Shown here: positions 25,303-36,005 of the stretch, piece after piece | Position numbering within the stretch: position 1 is the stretch's first letter | Layout of the letters: each line of letters begins with the position of its first letter | Source: Pseudogymnoascus verrucosus | Lineage: Eukaryota | Reading direction: 5' to 3' (one strand) | NCBI GenBank assembly: GCA_001662655.1 | Contig: KV460229.1 | DNA: 64,000 bases | The notes under the pieces: generated by a model | Seen by the model: only the letters and a program-made list of their open reading frames with translations | The model's database searches: none | Told to the model about the DNA's origin: nothing | Translations under genes and position numbers: made by a program

Positions 25303-27306
25303 TTAATAAACAAATCTAAAATCCAACCTTTTGTTTCCTTCATCCTTCGTCGTGAGCACATATGCCTCTTTCTCTTCATCCGTCCACGAATTCCAGATAT
25401 CATCCCTTCTCTTATTCACCCACTTATAGTAAACACGCACCCCGAGATAGATCACAATATTAGCACTACATAGCGCCACCAACGCTCTATTGCCCCTACG
25501 GTATCTCGGCTTATCATCCTCTCGATACACATTTGCCCCTATAATGCCTTGCGCTTGGACAAACATATTATACATCGCGGCGCTAACCGTTCTCGATCTA
25601 ACGGTATTGGAATTCTGCGAGATCCAGCCGACTTGGACTGCGTGCATGTTGGGGTAGGAAAGGAGGATAGTCGTGATTATCCATATAGTCCACTTACTCG
25701 CTGTGGTGCTGTCGATTATATAGAGGCTGATGAGGAATGGTAGTACCCATATCTGTGCAAGCACAGCCGTGAGAGAAAGCTGTCCGGTGTAATCGGAGAG
25801 AAGGGTGATTCCGAGCATGGTGATGATGTGGCCGACTTGGGAAGGAATGACGAGAAGATTGGTTTGGAACGTGTCGAAGCCAAGGCTGCGGAGGGATAGA
25901 GTGAGGTAGCTGTGTGGGGGGTCTGGATGGTTGGATTAGTTTATATTTTGGGGGTTATGGTATAGGTTAAGATGCTTACTCGTTGGAAGCTGGAACGTCA
26001 ATCCTACCAAGTACATTGGCCATAGATGGTAGTCTGAAAGTGACTTATATAACAGTTTCGGAGTTATTGGCTGGCGGTTGTGCATAGAACCTTTGGAAGG
26101 GTCATCGCGTAGAGCGCGGGTGACGATAATGGTTTCTTCTCTTTCAGTAAACCAACCTTTTTTGCCACGCAGCTTAGATGCGGTCTGTGTCGGGCTGGGA
26201 GGCATCAAGAAAAACGCGGCAACGCCTAGAACACCTGTGAAGATGCCCTCAATTAGAAAGAGCCATCTCCACCCGGATTTCCCGTTGATGCCGCGCATGT
26301 GCAGAATGCCGAAGGCAATGAACGACGCCAGTATATCGGCAACGGACATGAAAGTCCACCAGATGGAAAGGCGGATGGGAAGCTCGCGACTGGTGTAGAA
26401 GTAAGATAGGTAGAGTATCATCTGAAGATGTTAGTTGGGGCCATATGAAATTTCATTAGAGAAAAACGGACATCTGGAATGAAACCTCCTTGCAAGATAG
26501 CCAGCAATGCTCTGCAAGTTAGAAAACTGGTTCGGCCGGAAAGACCATATTGAGCCGCGGCAACGATACTCCAAAGAATCATCTGCATTGGAATCCATCG
26601 ATCGGGCCCAATCCTTCAACACATTAGCAAGGTTACCAAGCTACTTATCGAAATGAAATACTGACCATTTAGAGACCAACTGAGAAGGCAATTCGGCGCA
26701 AAGGAAGGACAGTCTGAACACCGTATTGCCCAGATTGTAGTCTAAGGCACGTCAACCACATATCTTTACTATATAGCACGACCAGACCCCAGAGAGAAAT
26801 AACCAACCATTCGTATTCATATGCAAGTCCTTCAGAAAATTGTCGGTGAGCGCCTGTGAAAGATTCGCACGATCCAACTCCAGAGCCATGAACGCAACAC
26901 AAGCAAAGATCAAAATCTTAACGTCGACTTTTCGAACCACAGCCTAGGCAGTTTCAGCATGCTTAAAACATAGATTGACGGTTTTCCAAACCCATTCTTC
27001 TTTCCAGGTCCATCTTGCACTTGGATCAAACCGATGTAGGTTCTCATAGTCAGCTCTTGGTTGGTAGTGTTTTGCAACGGCTGGGTCGTCGTAGACGGAT
27101 GGCTGGGTTGCAATTGCATTGGGGTCGAGCTTTGATTTCGTTGACCACCAGTACTTTTGAACCGTGACTGTTTCGGCAAGTGGAAGAGTCTCAATGGATA
27201 TATTTGCCTTCTTATCGGTTGGTGTCCCGGAAAACGAGTCTGAGAGAGAACCATCTCCTATATCAGGTGACGGTGCCCTTCCCTTCGACCAAACGATGAT
27301 TGCCAT
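25303..27306 (-). CDS. MFS transporter, allantoate permease (Dal5/ACS) family, Soa1/AstA-like sulfonate/sulfate type
   Basis: [55 protein letters not shown] and C-terminal RLDFRF. Several introns. Confidence 0.88.
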
Positions 27307-28330
27307 CTCAAACTAATTTATGTCTGAGAGAATATAGGAGTTAATTCAAAATTTGTTTGCAATATGTTTGAGTACAGAACCCAATCCTCGATGGGGGGGC
27401 TAGATATATCACAATTCTTCCATTGTTACCAAAACTTCTTAGTATTCAAAGGACGTAAAGTATACAGAGAACATGAGGTCCACGATTACTATCACACCTC
27501 TCCAATTGGCCATCACCGGGGATATGTCAACTTAGAGTTTCCTGAGCCTGCTGAAGACTCGGAAACTCCAGATGCCAAGCTCCGATCATACAGATGAGAA
27601 CATCCCAAATCCCACTTAATTCCGTTTCAAATTTCGTGATGTGAGGTTTCCGCTCAATGATAACATCCTCAAATCCATACAACTGATAAACCGAACAGAC
27701 ATGATTGGAGCAGGTCGACAAATGTCGGGCAACATAAACTCCAAGGCCGATACCAAGCATAATCACACCTTTGATCCCCCAGCTGTCGTCAATACCTCCT
27801 CGTCGTCAGCGGGGCAACACGGAGAGTCGGCGAAAAGAAATCGCATAATTTGATGAAGCAATTGTGAGATCTTCTATATATCTGTCGTAGAATCATTAAG
27901 GGACATCACAATGATAGTTGTAAGAAGGGACTCGCGAGATATTACATTACGTCTTGAGAAATTCAGCATCACACTGTTTCCGCGGAGATGTTCTATGACG
28001 TGATATTGATATTCGAGATACTGTCATGCGCGCGTAAATGGCACCACAGCGGTTTCTATTTATCAGCATGAGGTTTGTGAGATCGGTGTTTGTAGTCGCC
28101 GATACCGATATCGACATCAAGAGGACGTGATGAGGGATGTTAAATTCGTAGATATCAGAAATGACGATGTGAGAAGCATTCATATTTATGAACTGGTCGA
28201 TGGCAGCGAGACAATATGAATCTACCACATAAGACATTCGTCATAAATAAATACACTTCAGATCAAACCTTTCTCTCTCCGCCAACCGTGATTTTAAAAT
28301 AAGAACACAGTATCCCACCTCCTCAGCACC

Positions 28331-28762
28331 ATGGCCCCACCATCCGCAGATGTGGACACCGCTCCAGCAGCTCCGCACCAAGCATCCCCATCCAAACCGA
28401 GGGTAGTATTAGGAGGTTCCGAGACCCATGTCTCAACCTTATCCAAACCACTTGTTTACAGCGGCAGCTTGGACGAATATAAGTCCTTCGATGTGACTCC
28501 GGTTATTGGACGGGAATATCCGGAGGTGAGGCTGGTAGATATTTTGAAGAATGATGTTAAGATTAGGGATTTGGCTATTCAGGGTGCGTATTAAAGAATG
28601 GCAGTGCATACAGAGTGTTTCTAACTGGTTTACTTAATAGTTTCTCAACGCGGGGTGTTTTTTTTTTTTTTTTTTTTTCGTAACCAAGGCATCTCTGTTG
28701 ATGACCAGAAGACGCTTGGTCAAAAGCTCAGGGAGCTCACTAGCAAACCTGAGAGTTCTAAG
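28331..28762 (+). pseudogene. 5' part of a TauD/TfdA alpha-ketoglutarate-dependent (sulfonate) dioxygenase gene; exons 28331-28583 and 28641-28762, remainder absent from window
   Basis: PLVYSGSLD...FDVTPVIGREYP...IRDLAI.VSQRGVF..RNQ motif. Intron 2 donor GTATGC at 28763, with no recognisable downstream exon. Confidence 0.85.
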
Positions 28763-28828
28763 GTATGCAACCATCTACTTCCACACACAGAACATCAGTA
28801 TTTAGTTCCCAACACACATATAACAATC

Positions 28829-28888
28829 ACATACGACCATAGACTTAAGAGAATTAGGCATCCCGTCTGCTCCGCCATACACAAGCTT
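28829..28888 (+). rRNA. 5S rRNA gene, 5' half only (interrupted)
   Basis: ACATACGACCATAGACTTAAGAGAATTAGGCATCCCGTCTGCTCCGCCATACACAAGCTT matches the 5' ~60 nt of ascomycete 5S and the copy at 40448-40566, then diverges (weak similarity may run to ~28906). Confidence 0.88.
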
Positions 28889-28968
28889 GTAATTCAGTAG
28901 ACTAATGCTCTTAATCATGCTAATAGGCATAGCGTGGAATCTAAGCCCCTTACTGCCTTAAGGGTTAA

Positions 28969-29033
28969 CGTAAGGGTAAGTAGGGTAAGCTAAGGCGTAA
29001 GTAGAGTAAGTAGGATAAGTAGGGTAAGGTAAC
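28969..29033. repeat. Degenerate 9-bp tandem array (GTAAGTAGG)n
   Basis: GTAAGG GTAAGTAGG GTAAGCTAAGGC GTAAGTAGA GTAAGTAGG ATAAGTAGG GTAAGG. Confidence 0.7.
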
Positions 29034-29039
29034 ATACTG

Positions 29040-32000
29040 TTTTTATATTAATTTCATGTTAGTCTTACGTTAATTTTATAATAGTACTAGAGTGTAGCTG
29101 TTTTAGCTTATATACCTTATTTAGGTGCCTTGCTCTTATTTTCTATAATCTACTATTTATAAGCTATAAATCTAAGCTAAATTAAGCCCTAAAACATGTT
29201 AAGGTGCTATATTAACACTATAAGTAGCTAAAGTTTATAACTATATTATAAAGTTTATATGATTTAGAGACTTAGAGAAGGAACTAGATCTCCTAAAGTA
29301 GGTAAATAACGTTTAAACTTCTTACTAGTAGTTCCTTTATTACTAAAATTAACCTTATTATAGTTGTTATCCTACCTTAGGCATAAGACTCTACTTATCT
29401 TTAAAAAGCTAACCTTCTACTATTTCTATCCTTATTATCCTTACCTATGTTAATAGGTAGTAGCTAAGAGGAAGCTACATTTTTAGTAGATATTAGAAGT
29501 AACTATAATCTCTCTAGAATGCTTACTCTACTATCTCTAAAGATATAAGATCTCTCTCTACCTCTCTTTACTTTAACAACTCTAAGATTAAATATAGAGG
29601 TAGTATAAACCTCCTTCTAACTAAACATAAAAGGGGCTAGGAGTATCTAATAACAGCTATAGTCATTTTAGGCTACTTATAAGGATGCCCCCTTACTTAG
29701 GTTAGTTATAGCTGTTATATAGCACTATTAAGACTTAGGGCTATTATAGGCTAGTTATAACTAATAGCCTTAGGTATATAGTATAAGGAAGCCTTAGGTA
29801 AATAGAGAGTTAGCTAAGTTAGAGTAGTTTTAGGTATTTAAGGAGACAGCTATAAAGGGTTATATCTTTATCTTTTTTATATCCTTTATAGTAGACTTAT
29901 AGGATTATACTAACTCCTATCTAACTTATACTCTTATATACAACTTCGTATAATATAGTGCCCTATGTCCTTATATATAGGATATATAGCTATTTTCCTA
30001 TGTAATCCCTAGTTATACATAAAGCCTCTAATAGCTACTTTAAGCTTAGTATAGCATATGATATTAAGAAGCGTTGCCTTATTAAGTAAGAAAATTAATG
30101 TATTACTAACTATGTAATCTACTACTAGGAATTACTAGTATTCTATATAGAGATTATATAAGATTATATAACTATTATAATACACCCCCTAATGTATCCC
30201 TATACAAGCCTTAAAATGTAATATAAGAAGCTTAGGAAAAGGGGTAGTTATACTTAGGCTAGTAATAGTTATAAGAGACGTACTAACGCCTAATGATTTA
30301 CACCTTATGCCTAGTTTATATAGTACTAACTAGGCATAAGTTGTTAACTTTAGTTAGTAATCCTCTATCTTTCTTCTATATTAGTCATCTACACTTTTAG
30401 TCTACCTACCTACCTACCTTCTACCTTCTGTCCCTATCTGCCCTACCTACCCTACCTACCCTATACTACCCTATAACTCCCTATACCCTATACTACTTCT
30501 CTCTTCTTATTAGCAAGTCTATACAAGCTAAGATGCCTACTGTTAGATAGGTTTTTATAGTAGACCTAAGCAAGGTCTTTATAGATGCTAACATCTATAT
30601 TTACCTTCCTCCTACTACATAGGAGTCCCTACCCTATCCTCTACCTTTTTTAGCACTTTAGGTGCATATAACTGTCCTATATAGGATGTAAGGACATAGG
30701 GCACCGTATCACAAGAAGTTGCATATAGGAGTGTGAGTTGGATAGAAGTCGGTGCAATCCTATAGGTCTACTATGAAGGATATAAAAAAGATAAAGGAGA
30801 AACAGGAACCCGTTGTGTCAGCTCCCCCCTAGTATCCGAAACAGGTCCGACTCCGCTAGGTTACGCAGCACGTGACTATACTAACCCTACGTCCCTAGCA
30901 CGTGGCTCTATAACAGCTCCGAGACATCCTTACACTACCCCCCTCCTAGAAGGTGCTTTGTCCGCAATGCACGAAGTTCTATCAAATAGCCACTTCCTAT
31001 TGCTCATCTGGTTCTAGGTTGGGGTCGTTGCAGTCACGGTACCTAACTGTAGCATTAAGCAGGCTAGTTGCTCGAGGGCGCTCGAGGGTTGGCTTAGGGA
31101 AGAACGAAGGCTTCGTAGTCGTAGCAGATACTCCTCAGAAGGGATTCGGAGTCGCTGCCTCTATAGAATCTAGAGGCTGTGTGACTGTAGTTGTAGTCTG
31201 TTTAGTAGGAACGCGAGGAGGATCCAGCTCATTGTTCTAGCGCTGCTCCTAATCAAAGGCAGTAAGTTCTCGGACTATGGTGTAGTAGTCTCCCTTCCAT
31301 TGACTTTTGATAACTGCTACGCGGCTACGGAATTGAGGGGTCAACTTGTTCCACATGTACCGAAACCATTCTAAGTAGGCTACTTGTCCTGTAATAGCTG
31401 CACCCTAGAAACGTGCTTTAAATTCAGGGAAGGTCTCATCTATATGTCCCTTCTCTCCCATATGTAGGTCGTCGAAGAGGTTCCGAGCCTGCTCCGTCTC
31501 GTTTCTAGTAAGGTAGTATGAGCCTAGAAGGTCCATCATCTCGTCTGCACTCTAGAACCCATGCGTAGCAGATAGGTATTGTGGCTCTAAGTAGGTTTTT
31601 GCAAGGCTGGTTGTAGTTCCCTAAATCAACGCTCTTCTAGAGAAGTCAGTAGGGTAGTAGTCCTCATTAACTATGAGACGGTCCCGAATCGACGCGCTCC
31701 ATTGTAGGAAGGTGTGTTCTATCCCATTGCTAAGCGGAGTAATCCTCTTAGAGATTATAGATTTCTTATAGTGGTTTAGAGGGTCTTCGGTAGGTATTCG
31801 CAGCAGCCTTGAAATCGATGGAGAGCGAGTGTTCTAAAGAGGCGGCAGTTAAACTGTCTTAGGGGTGTTTTGTGTAGGAGATCGCTCCGTAGGTATAGGG
31901 GTGTCCTCTAGTGTAGGTAGGGTTCTTGTCTGACTTGCTACTAGAGTCGTAAGTAGCTCCTTAATCTCTAGCATCTAGGTCTCGAGGACTGCCATTCGGT

Positions 32001-33320
32001 TCGGTATGTCCTTAGTAGGTAGAGCGGTTTAGGCGATGGCTGCTGTCCGTCCTATGGCTCTAAACGGTTGGCCATCATTGTTAAGTGTAGTAGGTGTCGA
32101 GTTCTTCAACATAATGGTTTAGAGGTGTATCGAGTCGCAGTCGATACGGAAGAGAAGAGTTTGATTTCTAGGTAGCTCGTAGCCATCAACACTCTTGTTC
32201 ACATATTCCTCTGTGCGTAAGGGGGTTCTTAAGGATCTCGTATCCTATTCGGCGCCAACGCGTTAGCGACTTTACCAGCTTGCTCTACAGGATCAAACCC
32301 TAATCTACTAGTTGTCTGTGAGTTCTCTAGGGTCACGGCTATTTGAAGTCGTTAGGTCTCTACTTCGAAATGTCACTGAGTTGCGGTCGGTGGTGTTTCG
32401 ACAGTTCTCCTAAGTCGTTCTAGTTGTAGGATATTATTTACGTATAGCCGTCCCTAGCAGGCGTGATCTTTTTTGTATAATGTAAGGACATAGGGCACCG
32501 TATCACGAGAAGTTGCATATGGGAGTGCAAGTCGGATAGAAGTCGGTGCAATCCTATAGGTCTACTACAAAGGATACAAAAAAGATAAAGGAGAAACAGG
32601 AACCCGTTGTGTCAGCTCCCCCCTAGTATCTAAAACAGGTCCGACTCCGCTAGGTTACGTAGTACGTGACTATACTAACCCTACGTCCCTAGCACGTGGC
32701 TCCATAACAGCTCTAAGACATCCTTACATAGGACTCCTAGGAATATTCGCCTTAAACACCTATAAGAAATTATAGGGTTCTACATCTAGGTAGTAGGGGA
32801 GAATGTTGCTTAAGTCTCTTACATAAGAGCTAAGAGTTGTAAGTAGTATAATGCTATATATAGAGAAGAGGGATCTTAGTAGATCCCCTTCTTTATAGTA
32901 TATAGATCCTTTAGGGATATATAGGGAGGAGCTTACACTTCTTATGTAATAAAGTACTAGGTAGCATACTACTCTCTTTATAAGTACTTCCTTCCCTTCC
33001 TTCCTTTATACCTTTTTGCATTTCTATATGTCTATATAAGCTAACATCTCTAGATTCTTCTTAAGAAGATTAGGAGCCTACCCCTCCTCTAAAGGATAAA
33101 ACTCCTTATCCTAGGGAATAAGCTAGGACTTAGGCCTACGCTTAGAAGTTAGCCCTTAAGGCTACATAGAGAAATAGTAGTAGAAATAGTAATAGAAATG
33201 CTATTTAAGTATAGATTTAGGCGTATAGACTTATAGAGTTTAGGTTTTTATAGTTTTACAATGGTTTTTATATATAGATAGACAGAAATAGCAATAGATT
33301 TCCTAGTAATTCTTATGCTA
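29040..33320. mobile_element. Heavily RIP-degenerated sequence of unidentified origin, host of the LTR element insertion
   Basis: Very AT-rich, TA-enriched and CA/TG-depleted, with no readable ORF. Family not assignable by eye. Confidence 0.4.
30687..32728 (-). mobile_element. Short (2042 bp) gag-only non-autonomous Ty3/Gypsy-type LTR retroelement
   Basis: 248-bp LTRs at 30687-30934 and 32481-32728 (TGTAAG...CTTACA). 5-bp TSD TAGGA on both sides. PPT GGAGGGGGGTAG on the minus strand at 30935-30946. Stop-riddled gag-like frame and no pol. Confidence 0.92.
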
Positions 33321-33546
33321 TTCTTATAACAGTTCCGTATATAGTTATAAGTATAAGAAAGGTAGGAGATTCTCCTGTTTTTATACAATAAAGCCACTTC
33401 CTAGGGTTAGAGCTGCTAAATTCAGCAGGACGTAGTTGCTGCTTTACATAGCCTCTACCTCTCGCTAAATCTAAAGGCACGTGAACGCAACTCACATCGC
33501 AGCCCTACATCGGTATTAAGTAATAAATTGTATGTATTGCTGACTA

Positions 33547-35575
33547 ATCATAGGTGGAAGCGAGTGCGTCTACTTACTTACGAGAGGAAGCAAGTACGTC
33601 TACTCAACTTGCATATGTTTACTGCTACTCTTTACTAAAACTTTAGACATTCCCCTACATAGTAATTTATATAGTAATCAAATGTAATTCATTTAATGGA
33701 AGGGACACCTTTATTAAATGCCTGTGAATGGCTAGTAGCAAACCCCTCTAAATCTATAGGTGCTACTAGTTGGATTTTTAAAGTCCTAAAGTCTTCTATA
33801 CAGTTAAGAATTACCTAAGCAGCTCTAAGGAAGCCACCCTATAGAGGTTAGAATAAGGTGCTTTCTACAGCTTAAATAGAGGCCCTAAAGACCTAGATTA
33901 CAGAGCAATACCACCTAGGGCTTAGGGCTAATAGGCATATGGTCTACGGGGTAGTATGCCACCTACGGAGCCTACTACCTCCACTGACATAGAGCTGGCT
34001 TACTAAATATATTAAGAGGGAGCTTATGGATTTTCACTTTATTACTATAAAGCCTATTGCTTGGCAGCGTACGCAAGCTCATGAGCCTATAGATGTTATT
34101 AAGTGGTTTAAAGAGTACACAGAATTAGTACTACAGCGCCATATAAATCTAGAGTTAATCTAGAATATAGATGAAACTGGTTTTAGGATTGGAATTCTAG
34201 GAGGTAAGAGAGTTATAGTCCCTAGAGCTATAAAGCAGCTCTATACGCTAAGTCCTAAGAATCGTATATCTATTACAATTATAGAGGCAGTATCTGCAGC
34301 TAGACAGAAGATTCTACCTATACTTGTTGTACTAGGTAAAATTCATATGGAATCGTAGTACCCTAAAAACCTCTATGGGGACGAGCTGATACTACTCTCT
34401 AAGACTGGCTATTCTAATAGCCAGCTTGCTCTACGGTGGCTACAACACTTTATAGAGCTTACTGCTCTACACAACTAGGAGAATCCTAAGCTTCTACTCC
34501 TTGATTCTCATGGGAGCCATAGGAGCGATGATTTCGTCATTCTTACTGCTAAATATCACATCATTGTATTAGCCTTTCCTAGTCACCTTACACACGTTTT
34601 ACAGCCATTAGACGTAGGAATATTCCAACCATATAAGCACTAGCATAGGCAAGCTGTGCTCCGTGCCATACGAGAGATGGATATTACCTACAACCTACCC
34701 TAATTTATGAGAGATCTCCCATAGATGCAGGAGCAGACCTTTAAGGAATCTACCATACAATCAGCGTTCTAGAAAGCTGGAATCTGGCTAATAAGCTGTA
34801 ATACAGCCCTCGAAAAGCTATGTACGTACTCGAGCCCTACGCAACCTACAGAGCCTACTACACCTACCCTACCAACCCAGCCTGTAACACCTATTCCTTC
34901 TACTTTCTAGGGTGTAGAACAGGGCCTACAGCGGTGGAAGGAGCGGGTTCCGGAGGCCTTCAGTAGCCCCTCTAGGCAGAGCTACGGCAACTAGCTTACT
35001 AGTGCAGCCTAGGTTCTGGCTGCCGGCTAGCTCCAGCAACTTGACCTACAGGCTATTCGGCAGCAGGTTAAGAACTCGAAGAAGAAGCGGGGGGGCCGGG
35101 GCCGGCTCTAGCGTGGAGGTGAGCTCCGGGCTTCTGAAGCCTACGAGCTTCAGGCTAAGAAAGCTGAGCTTCAGGCCTAGAAGCTCGCTGCCACCGAAGC
35201 TCGTAAGCTGAGCCGGGCCCAAAACCAGGCCTGGAAACAGCTCGAACGAGCAGCAACTGAAGCTCGGAAGCAGGAGCGAGCCCGGGAGCGAGCCCGGAAG
35301 AAGAGCCTGGCTCAGCTCACTAAATTAGGCCTCCCAATTCCTCCGGAGTTGGAAGACCCAATTACTAACCTAGATTCTGAATCTGAGAGCCAGTATGAGA
35401 GTGCGAGTGAGGGTGGGAGTGGGAGTGGGAGTGAGGAAGTGATAATTTCGTAGAATTGAAATTTTAAGTACTTTTACATACAAATTACTATGGTTGGGTA
35501 CTTACGGTCGCAATTTGAGAGGACGCACTCGCTTCCTCTCGTAAGCGAGTGGACGCACTCGCTTCCACCTACGAT
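33547..35575 (+). mobile_element. pogo/Fot1-family DNA transposon (2029 bp), RIP-mutated
   Basis: ~55-bp TIRs ATC(A/G)TAGGTGGAAGCGAGTGCGTC..., TA TSD. Transposase relic NIDETGF...LLLLDSHGSH...LQPLDVGIFQPYK. Confidence 0.93.
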
Positions 35576-36005
35576 TATGTAATTAACTACTAGGAATTAC
35601 CGATATTCCGTACGGAGATCACGTGAGATCATGTAACTATTACAACAATCGGTTACCCTTCAAACGGTTCCTAGTTCCTAACTCCTATGATTTGCTTTCT
35701 GCTTTCCGTTTCCCTCTTTTCTACTTAACCTAAGGTACTACTTGCCATCATGATTATAAGGGCCACTACACAATGGACTACCTAGCCGCTCGGACTGGCT
35801 ACTTGTATAAATACCTTGCGATCCTGTCGCCAACATCCAGCACTAGCTCTTCTAAGAAGCTTACCCTCTTACGTTATCGAACAAGTCAGCCTAATAGATC
35901 CTTGTCTCCTAAAGGCAGGCTCCTTATGACTCTGTCTACAGATCTCTATGTTCATTTTGTTATCCTAAGCCTATTGTTGAGTTGCCCATTATGTCTACTA
36001 AACAA

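Noticed and set aside
28960..29033. Interstitial telomere
   Set aside because: The unit is ~9-bp GTAAGTAGG, not tandem TTAGGG.
28829..29040. 5S-derived SINE (SINE3) head
   Set aside because: The fragment ends before the C box needed for Pol III transcription, no LINE-like tail or TSD is visible, and the host TauD gene does not resume. Not fully excluded.
29040..33320. Assignment as Mutator, Helitron or Crypton
   Set aside because: RIP damage is too heavy; no diagnostic motif or termini could be read reliably.
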